DNA of 64,000 nucleotides, taken from positions 1-64,000 of IMG/VR virus record IMGVR_UViG_3300049489_000842, one strand, 5' to 3'. The stretch comes from a virus. Shown piece after piece: positions 9,918 to 20,018 of the stretch; the first letter of the stretch is position 1; each line of letters opens with the position of its first letter. The notes under the pieces were generated by a model. That model searched no databases. It saw only the letters and a list, made by a program, of their open reading frames with translations, and was not told where the DNA came from. Position numbers and translations under genes: made by a program.

Positions 9918-11414
9918 TTATTCAAGAATCGATGGTAAAATAACAGCTGTTCTGGATGGGTCGATGATGCAAGCACCAAGGTTAGTATACCTTGAGTAGG
10001 TTGCAGAATCTTCCATTGTACCCATATGAGAATTATTTACTTCACCTGTCCAAGGATTTCTAAATCCGGCCATGTATCCGCGAATATCACCAAGTTTGGT
10101 AGCAAGTCTCTTAATATTGGCTTTCTCTTTATTACCAAGATAGAAGATATCCAAACGATAAGATTCAGCTACTCCACCCTCAGGATGTTTAATCTTGTTA
10201 CGAACCTTGTTATCATAAGAGTTATCTACTTCAACCTTAAGAACAATGTTGTTTGGTAACAAGAATTCAGTGAATTGGAAACCGGCTTTTAAAGAATTAG
10301 AATGCAGATCCGAGTTTGCTTTCTCAATGGTTGGAGGGTTGTAAGTAGTTAAGTTGCTCCATCCTGATGCTGTAGTTTGTGCAGCTTTAGAAATTTTAGC
10401 GGCTCCCCTTCTACCTGTACGAATCATGAATTCAGCTACATTTTGTACATCCTCACGACCTTCAATCATGTCAGTCATAACGCTTTCCAATAATCCGATA
10501 GTAATATCGTTTGAGAAGAATACGTTAGATACTTCCATTTGTTCGCGTATACCAGCACCTTGCTTAATATAAAAACCTGATTTACCTAAGTCGGTATATG
10601 ATCCATCTTCGTTACGGTTCGAGCGAGCGAACATATAAGCACGAGATTTTTCACGTTCCCATTGTTTTTCGAATTCCCATTCTGCATATAACATCCATAC
10701 AGGAAATTCTACAACTTTACCATTAGCATCAGTTCCTACAAGATTACCAGCAACTTTACGGTTCATCATATCGCCACCAACTTTTTCTTCCATACGTAAT
10801 GTAGTAAAGCTGTTTCTCATGTCGATAGGAGAAGTGTAGCTTACTCCGCCACCTTTAGTTGAAAGAGAACTTTCAACAGGAGAGAAATCTTTAGAGAAGT
10901 ATTTACCAGGAGTAATCTCTACTGCAGGAACACCAGTCTTAGCTCCATAACCTAAAAGTTTGGTTCTGTAATGCCACCCGTCAGCTTTCTCTAATGGCTC
11001 GCCATTAACTTTGAACTGATAGATTTCATTCTTTTCACCAACGATTACGTTAACATCGCTGAATAATCTGATAGCAAAAACAAGAACAATCTCTATTCCG
11101 TTTTTACCTTGAACAGGATCTCCAGCAACAATAGGAGTACCAGCAGTAACATAAGCATATTCTAACGCAACATTCTTTTCATCATGTCCTGTTAGTTTCC
11201 AAGTAAAGTCATCATCAGTTTCTAGTACCTCTACAGGGTACTTTTCCAACTCAGTTGAAATAGTACGTACACTAGAACCAGCAAGGAACTTAGTGATCGC
11301 ATTTTGAAGTAATTGAGGCTTACCGCCGAATAACAGACCTAGTTGATTCGCGGTTACTAATCCGCTAAAATCTTGAATCTCGGTCATTTGAAATCTACCC
11401 AAATTTTGACTCAT
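9918..11414 (-). CDS. Major capsid protein (crAss-like HK97 fold)
   Basis: 498 aa. MRNSFTTLR, G.G.REQ, TGRRG, GFQFTE and HPEGG.AESYR.DI motifs of crAss-like MCPs; portal-X-MCP order. Confidence 0.9.
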   Translation of the reverse strand: MSQNLGRFQMTEIQDFSGLVTANQLGLLFGGKPQLLQNAITKFLAGSSVRTISTELEKYPVEVLETDDDFTWKLTGHDEKNVALEYAYVTAGTPIVAGDPVQGKNGIEIVLVFAIRLFSDVNVIVGEKNEIYQFKVNGEPLEKADGWHYRTKLLGYGAKTGVPAVEITPGKYFSKDFSPVESSLSTKGGGVSYTSPIDMRNSFTTLRMEEKVGGDMMNRKVAGNLVGTDANGKVVEFPVWMLYAEWEFEKQWEREKSRAYMFARSNRNEDGSYTDLGKSGFYIKQGAGIREQMEVSNVFFSNDITIGLLESVMTDMIEGREDVQNVAEFMIRTGRRGAAKISKAAQTTASGWSNLTTYNPPTIEKANSDLHSNSLKAGFQFTEFLLPNNIVLKVEVDNSYDNKVRNKIKHPEGGVAESYRLDIFYLGNKEKANIKRLATKLGDIRGYMAGFRNPWTGEVNNSHMGTMEDSATYSRYTNLGACIIDPSRTAVILPSILE

Positions 11415-11434
11415 TTTATTTAATTTAAAAAGGT

Positions 11435-12619
11435 TTACACTTTAACAATATCTGGTATATCTAATGAATGACCTCCGCCAAACACTCCGGCTCCAGAACC
11501 GGTACTTAGTACGCCTGAACTTTCTATGGCTTGTTTTAAACCTTTGGCAGCGTTACTTTCTGCGGCCCTTTGCAATCTACCTAGGTTCTTAAATCCATTG
11601 GTTATAGTATAAGCGTAATAAAATCTTTTTTCAAAATCAACAGGATCTGATAGTCTATCCTTAACAACAGCGTTAACTGGAATTCCATCTACCTCATCTA
11701 CTACTTCAGTCATCATTTTGTAAACCCGGTCTTTAAGAACACCATCTACTTTTATTGATCCTAAAGCTAATGACTCATTATAAACAGCATCTTTTAAAGC
11801 AATGATTTGTCTTTCATTTTCTTTCTCTTCTGCTGCTTTTTTGTTCTCGGCTTCTATCCTCTGATTTTCAATGAACTCTTTGTTGTTTTTATGTAAAGTT
11901 ACTTTAGCTAGTAAAGCTTCTTCCACATCTTCTTTAGATTGCTTTAATCTATCAATCTGTTTTGTTATCCTATATTCGTCCCAACCTTGTGCAGATAAAT
12001 CTGCTCTGATTAAAGCTTCTCTTAATTCAGGATCTTCTTTAATATCATGATCCGTTACACTTTCTAATCTTGTCAGAACATCTATTGGACCTTGAACTAC
12101 TTCATGAGGAACTCCTGTTTCTATCGCTTTAAGATAAGTTCTCTGTAACTCAGTAAGTCCGCTGTACTTTAATTCTTCCAAAGACTCCCTTACAGCATTA
12201 GCAAAGTCTTCTGGTGTTTTGATGGAAGAAACGTCTTTAAGCTCCGGCAATGCGCCTTGCTCTATTAAAAGAGCAGCAGCAGCTTCATAGACTGATTTGG
12301 CAGGAGAGTCATTGTTACTAGCTTTGTCATCCCCTTCGCCTCCCGAAGGATCTTCGGTAGACGTTTCTTTATCATCAAAATCATCTAGTAAAGCTACCAA
12401 ATCTTCTGCTTTACCTTTATCCAGTTCGAGCTTTGGTTTTTCAATTACCTGCTCTATCTTTTCTATAGGAGGAGGCAATTGTACTGTATCCTCCGTTTTT
12501 ACTTGCGTTTCCACTTGTTTTTGTTCTTCAGAAATAGGTGGTGTCACCGTACTTCTTGCAGTATTCAGGACTATGTTGTCCAGCATACTTAAGTCTAAAA
12601 GTTGATTTTCCCCTGCCAT
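11435..12619 (-). CDS. Acidic coiled-coil protein between portal and MCP (scaffold-like)
   Basis: Likely start MAGENQ at 12619. Acidic low-complexity N-terminus, helical C-terminus, conserved crAss-like position. Confidence 0.6.
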   Translation of the reverse strand: MAGENQLLDLSMLDNIVLNTARSTVTPPISEEQKQVETQVKTEDTVQLPPPIEKIEQVIEKPKLELDKGKAEDLVALLDDFDDKETSTEDPSGGEGDDKASNNDSPAKSVYEAAAALLIEQGALPELKDVSSIKTPEDFANAVRESLEELKYSGLTELQRTYLKAIETGVPHEVVQGPIDVLTRLESVTDHDIKEDPELREALIRADLSAQGWDEYRITKQIDRLKQSKEDVEEALLAKVTLHKNNKEFIENQRIEAENKKAAEEKENERQIIALKDAVYNESLALGSIKVDGVLKDRVYKMMTEVVDEVDGIPVNAVVKDRLSDPVDFEKRFYYAYTITNGFKNLGRLQRAAESNAAKGLKQAIESSGVLSTGSGAGVFGGGHSLDIPDIVKV

Positions 12620-12639
12620 TGTATTAAAGTTTATGTACA

Positions 12640-12647
12640 CAAATATA
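12640..12647 (-). promoter_or_regulatory. Bacteroidota-type -7 promoter element TATATTTG
   Basis: Matches TAnnTTTG about 20 nt upstream of the 12619 ATG. The same motif precedes other minus-strand operons. Confidence 0.55.
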
Positions 12648-12719
12648 CCATGAAGATTAGTATAAAAATTAAATCATAAACAGTCATGGTATTTTCTGTT
12701 TATGACTCAATAGGTTTTA

Positions 12720-15047
12720 TTATTTCCTGGAAGTTTTTGTTATACTTGCCTTTTTATCAGCTACAATAACCTTCTTATGTTCTATATCTATCTTAGCTTG
12801 TAGCTCCTTGATCCTCATTAATAAGTCATCTTTAGATACAGTCTCATCTAGATCTAATTGCTTATCTGCCATACCAAGTTTCATTTCCTCAATAAGAATT
12901 TTAGTGGCATTATTAGAATCAATCTCATACAATCTTAAATCCTTCTCTTCCTGAGCTAATCTAGATTGTTCCTTAATCTGTTCTTGAGCTATCTTGTTTT
13001 GCTGTTCCTGAGCTTGTGATGCTTGTTGTTGCATATCGTACTCAGCCAATTCAATTTTCCTTCTCTTCTCGATAAGGCTGTCAGAAAACATAATATCCAT
13101 AATTGTACTGAAGCTTCCATTGTTTTGCATAAATGCATGAGCAAATTGATGTAAGTTTTCCTTCATCTCATTAGCTTTCTTAGAAGTAGTAAGGAATATA
13201 CCATATTCACTATCAGCAAACTCATTACCTTCTAAATCCAAAACTTCGGTCGAGAAGTCATTAAGTACAACTTGGGCCAACATTTTATTTCCCCTTAATG
13301 CTACTTTAGCTGTTTCTATTAGAATCTGACAACATTCTAATTTAAACAATTGGTGTTGATAAAATTCGTAATAAGTGTTATTATTACTAGCCATTACGCT
13401 TCTTTCAGTTCCACCTACAGTAGCCGAAGTCTGCACTGCACCTTGTCTTTGAGGAGTTATACCTACTATGTCAGACATTTCTGATTTAATATAGTCTAGT
13501 AAGTTTATTTGTTGCTGGATATAATTCCCGGTATCCATGTCAAGAACTCTATTTGTAGTGTTTAGGTTCCCGGCTAATTTACCAGTTGCTACCCCTTTGT
13601 TTGCCTCTTTAAATCCGTCAGTAAATGCTATACCACCTTTGTATGCATACATCATCCATCTTTCAACTGTCCAGTCTTTAGGTATTTTGGCTAAGTCTAC
13701 TTCAAGGATTTTACCTAGATTCTTTTTGATTCCATCCATTAACCGGTCCCATACAATATCGTACAGGTATTGATAAGGCTTCATTTTTGAAAGGAAAGAA
13801 ACTACTTTACCTTCGGAAATAGAGTTAACGTACCCCACAACTCCTGGATGTCCTTTAGAGGGATTACCTAAAACATTAAACTGAATAGATCGTGGTTCAA
13901 TTCCTACATAGACATCATTACCTATTTTTCTTCCTTGCCACCATTCTTCCACCCATACTTTAGCTACCTTTTCTCCGTAAAGAATGTTTGGAGTATACTC
14001 TTCAGACATAATCCTTTCATACTGATCTCCGGTATCTGGGTTAGTTCCTGTAACAATCTTTATAAGTTTTTGTGATCTCCATAAAGCCGTTAAGTGCCTA
14101 ATGTTACCGTAAATATCCACAGTAGATTTGGTAGTCGAGGCATACCCAGCTTCTCCCATACCAGCTCTTACAATACCATCAACAACTACAGCATCTGGTA
14201 CTATAAAAGATTGTTGAAGTACATCAGTATATCTGGCATCAGAAGATAGTGTATTTGCATTTATCTTATCTACCTGTTCTGGGGTGAGTTTGTCATAATA
14301 ATGATCAATTAACCTCCCCTTTGACCAGTATTCCTCAATAATGATAATGTCAGCATCAGCTATTCTGTTCGAATTACTTGAATACAGAGTATGTACCCTT
14401 TTAGGGTCAAGCTTCCTGGCAACTGGTACACCAGACACAATATCAAACATCATAATCTCTTCGCCATATACAAGCCGGTCAATCATACATTCATTAAACT
14501 TCTCCTCCATCTTTTCCTTAAGAAAGAAGTGGTTGAAAAGTTTAGTTGCATTAACTTCCTTCATATCTTTCCAGGTGTACTTGAAGTACAAATCAAGTTC
14601 TTTTAACTTGGACTTCAACTCTTCATCGGAATATTGTGATTCTAATAAAGCCGTAACCTTCTCATTAATGAGAGTTTTCTTTTGCTCCTGTTTTTCTGAT
14701 ATACTTGTTGGGTCAGTTACCATAATAGAAACATCGAATGGTTCTTTGGCTGCTTCTCCTACAAGCAACTCTATCTTCGGGCGCATGATAGGCTTATGTT
14801 GTATTTTCTTAGGAACAAATGACTTTAGAGTACCATCTGTAGATATTACTTCTATAACATCTTTCATATCCAGTACACCATCATACAACTTACCATTAGT
14901 GTACTTCTCGGCGATAGACCGGCGTACTTCCTGGTCCGTTATAAAAGAAATACCCCCATCTATTTTATCCACACACAACTTTCTCCATTCTTCATTCTTT
15001 TCCTTAAACCTAAGTTTTTGAGGAGGTAATTGTATTATACGTGCCAT
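12720..15047 (-). CDS. Portal protein
   Basis: 775 aa. LP.QKL...K..EW, KI.LL.GE, MKPYQYLYD, GI..QRQG and VGG.ERSV motifs; directly follows terminase. Confidence 0.9.
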   Translation of the reverse strand: MARIIQLPPQKLRFKEKNEEWRKLCVDKIDGGISFITDQEVRRSIAEKYTNGKLYDGVLDMKDVIEVISTDGTLKSFVPKKIQHKPIMRPKIELLVGEAAKEPFDVSIMVTDPTSISEKQEQKKTLINEKVTALLESQYSDEELKSKLKELDLYFKYTWKDMKEVNATKLFNHFFLKEKMEEKFNECMIDRLVYGEEIMMFDIVSGVPVARKLDPKRVHTLYSSNSNRIADADIIIIEEYWSKGRLIDHYYDKLTPEQVDKINANTLSSDARYTDVLQQSFIVPDAVVVDGIVRAGMGEAGYASTTKSTVDIYGNIRHLTALWRSQKLIKIVTGTNPDTGDQYERIMSEEYTPNILYGEKVAKVWVEEWWQGRKIGNDVYVGIEPRSIQFNVLGNPSKGHPGVVGYVNSISEGKVVSFLSKMKPYQYLYDIVWDRLMDGIKKNLGKILEVDLAKIPKDWTVERWMMYAYKGGIAFTDGFKEANKGVATGKLAGNLNTTNRVLDMDTGNYIQQQINLLDYIKSEMSDIVGITPQRQGAVQTSATVGGTERSVMASNNNTYYEFYQHQLFKLECCQILIETAKVALRGNKMLAQVVLNDFSTEVLDLEGNEFADSEYGIFLTTSKKANEMKENLHQFAHAFMQNNGSFSTIMDIMFSDSLIEKRRKIELAEYDMQQQASQAQEQQNKIAQEQIKEQSRLAQEEKDLRLYEIDSNNATKILIEEMKLGMADKQLDLDETVSKDDLLMRIKELQAKIDIEHKKVIVADKKASITKTSRK

Positions 15048-15059
15048 AATTTACAAGTA

Positions 15060-17228
15060 TTAAAAGTTTATATTCGAAAATTCTTCTGTACTAAATTCAC
15101 CATCTTCGGTGAAAAACTTATCTTTATTATAATCATAATCTTCTTGCTGCTTACCATCCATACCTACTATGGATTTTCGTTTATCCTCTCTTAGAATAAA
15201 CAACATAATCCTGGAAGATACTCTATCAAAGTTACCATCAATATGCCAGGAAATACACTCTCTTATATACCCTATATCTCTGATTTCTTTATAGTTAAAG
15301 TCTTCAGTAATAGGATTTTTATTTAACATCCAGTCAGCTTGTAACGTCCGACCCCATTTATTTATTTGAGCTGTAGGAGGAGTTCCCTTTTTCTTGTTAC
15401 CATATGTTTCTTTTTTAGATGAGTAATCATAATCTTGTAGGATCTCTGGAGTATCACATAAGTAATGTACCAGGTTTTTACCTAGAAGATAAGCATAAAA
15501 CCCTTTCAACTTATTCTCATAATTCAATAGGGCCCCGTAAAAAACAGCAAGCTTTATAGCCTGGTTGTAGTTGTCCTCAGCTTTTCTAAATCTTCCTATC
15601 CACCAAGCAACCTCTTTATCTGTAAATAAGTCCATTATCGCTATTGAAAATAATGATGTACCATAATCATCATCTACAGTATCTACTCCACCTATGTACC
15701 TCCCTGGTATAGGACGGCCATCTATTTTCTTCGGTAAGTTTACAATCTCAACAGCTCCTTCAGTATCTGAACGTTTAACTGGCCATTCTCGTATAGGAGT
15801 AGAATTGAAGGAAGGTTTAAATTCAACTTCATTATAGTTTACCCAGTTAAGGCTTCCAACAAGATGTCCTGAAGTAAAAGTATGCTCTATCGGAGCAATC
15901 TCTGCTAGCCTGTTCTTTAGTTCCTCTACCGGGAACTCCGAACCATGTGTTCTCATTACAGCTTCCTGAGGAGTCAATGGTTCCTCTGCTTTAGACTGTG
16001 CTGCATCTTCTGAACTTGTGCCGGCATACTTTATTTTAAGTCTTCTCTCTATAACTTCCTCTAGAGCCTTAACAACATTTGAATTTCCATCCTTATCATA
16101 ACAGTCTGCGCGATTTAAGTATTCAGGATGGAAGAATCCACATGATTGATCTATAACATTTCTGTCAAAAACATTAGGTATAGCTTTAACTCTATATGCT
16201 GTAGCTTTATAGAATAGTGCTTCCAGCCCTTCAAAATTGGCTCCTTTTTCACCACCAGTTCCGAATGCTATCATTATACCAAACACCCTATTACCATCTT
16301 CGAGAGATTTCTGCGCGATACGCCATGAAGTAAGTATGTTAGGAAATATACCGGCCTCTTCCCAGAGTATTATTTTTCCCCTTTTTCCCCTCGCTTTACC
16401 AGGGGCATTCTTAAGTGTAACACCTACTACTGAAGAAAGGAAACCTCTTTCTGATGGATCTCCAGGCATCTTATACCCGGCAGTCTTCTCCATGATAGTG
16501 TCCTTTACCCTTAACTTCTTCGCAAACCCTATGTGGGCATTAGCAAAGTTTAAGTAAGACCATGCTTTATTAAGTACACCATCTGTGGTTAAGTATTCTG
16601 TATCACTGGCAAATGCATAAGAAGCTTCTCTTCCTACCAACTGATAATTCCTTATAAGCATAGAAGCTGCTTTAAAGGAATATCCACGGCCCCTTGTTTT
16701 TAAAACACTGCAATAGTTTCCTTCATTCTCTGCCTGGTCTACATAATGAAAATACATATAGTCGCCATCAAACATATTAGGGAAGCCGGATACCCTTGAA
16801 GCTTTAACACTTCCATCTTTATTTCTTTTACCGGTAATTACCGATTTAAGAATTGGGCTATAGTTTAGGTAGTAATAGTGATATCCTGTAATCCATTCTC
16901 CATCTGACTTTCTTACATACCCCTCAAGGCATCGCCTTTTCTCCTCATCCCAGAATTTTCTATAAGGACTGTTTATATCTTTAGAAGGATAGGCATCTGT
17001 GTAGTACCCATTTTTCTCAAAAGAAATAGCCGCCTTCCTGAAGTAATCCATATCTTCAAGAATGTGCGGCTTAGTGACATTAACGATTATCCTGCCGGAA
17101 TCGTCCCTTTTTAAATCTTTAGCTCTGGGTCTGTTTTTAGACACCATATAGCTTGCCAATGTAATACTGTCAAGTATACCTTGTAATTCTATATGCTCTT
17201 CAGACCCTTCGGTAAATTTTGTTGTCAT
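15060..17228 (-). CDS. terL: Terminase large subunit
   Basis: ITGYHYYYLNY, LKTRGRGYS (Walker A), IILWEEAG (Walker B), FGTGG, and nuclease motifs GGVDTVD and GNFDRVS. Confidence 0.93.
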   Translation of the reverse strand: MTTKFTEGSEEHIELQGILDSITLASYMVSKNRPRAKDLKRDDSGRIIVNVTKPHILEDMDYFRKAAISFEKNGYYTDAYPSKDINSPYRKFWDEEKRRCLEGYVRKSDGEWITGYHYYYLNYSPILKSVITGKRNKDGSVKASRVSGFPNMFDGDYMYFHYVDQAENEGNYCSVLKTRGRGYSFKAASMLIRNYQLVGREASYAFASDTEYLTTDGVLNKAWSYLNFANAHIGFAKKLRVKDTIMEKTAGYKMPGDPSERGFLSSVVGVTLKNAPGKARGKRGKIILWEEAGIFPNILTSWRIAQKSLEDGNRVFGIMIAFGTGGEKGANFEGLEALFYKATAYRVKAIPNVFDRNVIDQSCGFFHPEYLNRADCYDKDGNSNVVKALEEVIERRLKIKYAGTSSEDAAQSKAEEPLTPQEAVMRTHGSEFPVEELKNRLAEIAPIEHTFTSGHLVGSLNWVNYNEVEFKPSFNSTPIREWPVKRSDTEGAVEIVNLPKKIDGRPIPGRYIGGVDTVDDDYGTSLFSIAIMDLFTDKEVAWWIGRFRKAEDNYNQAIKLAVFYGALLNYENKLKGFYAYLLGKNLVHYLCDTPEILQDYDYSSKKETYGNKKKGTPPTAQINKWGRTLQADWMLNKNPITEDFNYKEIRDIGYIRECISWHIDGNFDRVSSRIMLFILREDKRKSIVGMDGKQQEDYDYNKDKFFTEDGEFSTEEFSNINF

Positions 17229-17255
17229 TTACATTTGTATTTCGTACAAATGTAA
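17229..17255 (-). promoter_or_regulatory. Perfect 11-bp inverted repeat containing a TACATTTG -7 element, abutting the terminase ATG
   Basis: Minus strand TTACATTTGTA-CGAAA-TACAAATGTAA-ATG. Confidence 0.6.
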
Positions 17256-17262
17256 TGAAATT

Positions 17263-18201
17263 TTAATCTTTGAACAAAACACTTAAATCTTTCAGTACAA
17301 ATCCGGCAGCACCTTTATGTCCTCCTCCTCCAAATTGTTTAGCTATAACGGAGCAATCAACCAAGCCATTATCATTATATAGTGAGAAATGCCATAAGTC
17401 ATTAGCATAGTGGAAACATGCTGCTCCATCATACCCTTCTTTGTGATAGTCTATTCCAAAGTTAATTGGGTTAAAGCGTTCTTTGTTGATGCAGATGAAT
17501 TTGTATTGCTTAAAATCTTTTGCAAACCCAATTTTATCATAATGTATATTATCGAATATTATTTCAAATCCATTTTTATAACTTTGTTTAGCTTCTGTGC
17601 AAAGGTATTGATAAATGGATTTGCCCTTTTCATAAATCATTTGTGTACTATAATCAGCGGTTGTAATAGATGTGTGTAACTCTTCATATGCTTCCTCATA
17701 ATTACTAATTACACTTCTAGCTCCATATTGAAACTCCAATACTTTAGTTTCTTCCTCAGTTCCTTTATGACCGAAACAATCATACCTTCCAAGTAATCTA
17801 ACTATTTCTGGCATTGGTTCATCAGGAAAGAAGTATTTCCATGTTAATTCGCAAGCTGAAAATTTAGTATCTCTTAGTCCTTTATAGTAAGCTTTATGAG
17901 AATCTAAGTAACTATCTATTGCAGATTTGTGATGATCTATCCAAATCAGTTGATTGTTCATTGCTAACATATCTTCTAATGGAAAGCTAATGTCACACAT
18001 TACTACTTTGTCATACCCTGATAAATCTGGAATAGGTTGGCCGTAGTTGTAACCTAGGAAATCTAGAGTATCCACATCTTTTCTGAACAGGAATATTCCT
18101 GGTTGTACTTCTTGTTTTTCAGTTTCAAACCAATATTTAACTATTGCTGCAGACATCCAGCCATCCAAATCTACGCTATGATATACACATACTGTTTTCA
18201 T
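17263..18201 (-). CDS. DHH/DHHA1 family phosphoesterase
   Basis: YHSVDLDG, CDIS, WIDHH and GGGGHKGAAGF motifs. Confidence 0.9.
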   Translation of the reverse strand: MKTVCVYHSVDLDGWMSAAIVKYWFETEKQEVQPGIFLFRKDVDTLDFLGYNYGQPIPDLSGYDKVVMCDISFPLEDMLAMNNQLIWIDHHKSAIDSYLDSHKAYYKGLRDTKFSACELTWKYFFPDEPMPEIVRLLGRYDCFGHKGTEEETKVLEFQYGARSVISNYEEAYEELHTSITTADYSTQMIYEKGKSIYQYLCTEAKQSYKNGFEIIFDNIHYDKIGFAKDFKQYKFICINKERFNPINFGIDYHKEGYDGAACFHYANDLWHFSLYNDNGLVDCSVIAKQFGGGGHKGAAGFVLKDLSVLFKD

Positions 18202-18205
18202 AATA

Positions 18206-18511
18206 TTATTTTAGTTGTTTTATAAATTGATGTAATAAAAGGGAGAAACTCTGTACGAAAGTTTCATTTGAGTTTAATCTTTCTTCACCTAATTCCGTAA
18301 GAATTACGTGGACAAGTTCATGGTAAAATGTCTGCTCTAATTGATCCGCCGGTATATCAAATCCCTGATACTTCAAAGCTAATTTTATTTTACCGAGCAT
18401 TGCATAGGAACGTCCTAAACCTGTATCATCTATAGATTCTACCAGTTCTACTGTATAGTCCTTACCCCCAAGTTTAAACTCTAAAGGCAATACATTTATG
18501 TTCTTATCCAT
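18206..18511 (-). CDS. Small zincin-like metalloprotease
   Basis: TFYHELVHVIL (HExxH) with downstream NETFV; likely start MDKNIN at 18511. Confidence 0.75.
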   Translation of the reverse strand: MDKNINVLPLEFKLGGKDYTVELVESIDDTGLGRSYAMLGKIKLALKYQGFDIPADQLEQTFYHELVHVILTELGEERLNSNETFVQSFSLLLHQFIKQLK

Positions 18512-19028
18512 CTTCGTACATCCCTTTCTCCCCGGCACCAACTACTTTCTTATCAATAGAAGCTTCCTTCTTAACAAGAGAATCCACTTTATCTATTCCC
18601 TCAATAAGATTTGGGAGCCTTGATACAATGTCGGCCAGAAGTTTTATATCATCCATAGTACCCATAGAAGCACTATTAATAGTAGCTGTAGCTTTCTGAA
18701 GAGACTCCTTTAAAGCCCGTACAAGTTTAATCTTAGGGGTATCCCTTTCATCCATGTAAAACAACACTGCTTCTATAGTGGTTTTATCAATCTTAACATG
18801 CCGGTTTCCATAAACTTTTTTCTTAATAGAAGTAAGTCTTTCTTCGACAGTACCTTCATCTTGTAAGTCAGATCTATAATCCGCAGCAAACCAGACAATA
18901 CAGGCCTCAACATAAGCTAAACTAAAATCCTTGTACTTATCCTTTATTGCTTTGAAAGGGGCTAATAACCAAACCTGAGGTTCAATTATCAGCTCTCCGT
19001 CATTATCTTTTGTGAAGAAATTCTTCAT
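18504..19028 (-). CDS. Conserved helical protein upstream of terminase (possible small terminase)
   Basis: 174 aa, ends G.GEKGMYED; function inferred from position only. Confidence 0.4.
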   Translation of the reverse strand: MKNFFTKDNDGELIIEPQVWLLAPFKAIKDKYKDFSLAYVEACIVWFAADYRSDLQDEGTVEERLTSIKKKVYGNRHVKIDKTTIEAVLFYMDERDTPKIKLVRALKESLQKATATINSASMGTMDDIKLLADIVSRLPNLIEGIDKVDSLVKKEASIDKKVVGAGEKGMYEDG

Positions 19029-19034
19029 AGTAGA

Positions 19035-19406
19035 TTACTCCCCCTTTTCATAAGCATACTTCAACTCACGAGTGCTTACAAATAAGTACGGCTCGTTATC
19101 AAACACTTCAATAGGAAGTACAACCTCGAACCTATCTGGTCCTGTATCGTAATGTTCCCCTACACGTTTCGGGCCCAGATTTTTCCTTTGAAACCTTGAG
19201 GTATCAATTTCCACTTCATCTCCTACCTCTACACATGAAGCCGGACCACAGCATACAACTGTTTGTCTGGTAAGAATTTCTCCTTTACCTTCATTCAGTA
19301 CAATACCACTATTGGTAACCCTTTTAACATTAGCTGTTAGTAAGATGTTATCACTAAACATCTTTAACTTTGGTAATTTTACTTTTTTTGTTTCTGCTTT
19401 TTCCAT
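19035..19406 (-). CDS. GroES-like co-chaperonin
   Basis: DNILL...TNSGIVL...VVCCGP...VEVGDEV pattern of Cpn10. Confidence 0.7.
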   Translation of the reverse strand: MEKAETKKVKLPKLKMFSDNILLTANVKRVTNSGIVLNEGKGEILTRQTVVCCGPASCVEVGDEVEIDTSRFQRKNLGPKRVGEHYDTGPDRFEVVLPIEVFDNEPYLFVSTRELKYAYEKGE

Positions 19407-19665
19407 ATTTGTTTAGTATTCTCCCGAACCCGGGAATGTAAAAATTGATTGCTATTTCTCTTACTTTTTCCTTGGTCAAAGACCTATACCTTATCTCTGA
19501 CATTTTAGATGCTAGATGTTTAGTAAAATGAGTATACACTTCTTTCACAGTAGAAGCTTCTATCCCCATCTCCTCCGCTGCTTCTTTAAATATACCTTCC
19601 AGAACATAGTCATAATCTGGAAGTTTAGGTTTTGTAGAACCCCACTTACTACTTTGTTCCATCAT
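19354..19665 (-). CDS. HU/IHF-like DNA-binding protein
   Basis: IFKEAAEEMGI...VKEVY..F followed by FYIPGFGRI and a basic tail. Confidence 0.65.
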   Translation of the reverse strand: MMEQSSKWGSTKPKLPDYDYVLEGIFKEAAEEMGIEASTVKEVYTHFTKHLASKMSEIRYRSLTKEKVREIAINFYIPGFGRILNKYGKSRNKKSKITKVKDV

Positions 19666-20008
19666 ACTTTATTGAAATTACTATTTCTGTATTAGTGTAG
19701 TCCTGAAGAAATACCGGTTTCACCCCTGTGGCTGTAATTAAACCTTTGCTTTTAAAGGTAGAAAGATACCCACGGAATACCTGATCAGCCATCTTCATCT
19801 TACTTTTTATAGCTACTCTATTGGCGGTATTTAAGTAAAGAGTATTTGCTACCTCCTCATCGTACTTAGCGAGTAAATCCTGATATACCATAATTATCTC
19901 CGCGAATAACTCCATCTCCTTAGGTGTAAGTTTATGGAACCCATCGAGTATATTAAGATACATCAATATAGCTTCTCTCCTATCTCCTGCCTTTAAGTTT
20001 AAAACCAT
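19649..20008 (-). CDS. Putative winged-helix protein
   Basis: LTPKEMELF...R.AIK.KM.M....F..YLS.FK.KGLI pattern. Confidence 0.5.
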   Translation of the reverse strand: MVLNLKAGDRREAILMYLNILDGFHKLTPKEMELFAEIIMVYQDLLAKYDEEVANTLYLNTANRVAIKSKMKMADQVFRGYLSTFKSKGLITATGVKPVFLQDYTNTEIVISIKYDGTK

Positions 20009-20018
20009 TGTGTTTTGT

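Noticed and set aside
4993-17679. Plus-strand ORFs antisense to structural genes (e.g. 14341-15021, 12297-12605, 16237-16557)
   Set aside because: They are shadows of well-supported minus-strand genes, with S/F/L/I-rich composition and no motifs. The same applies to antisense ORFs within the replication and giant genes.
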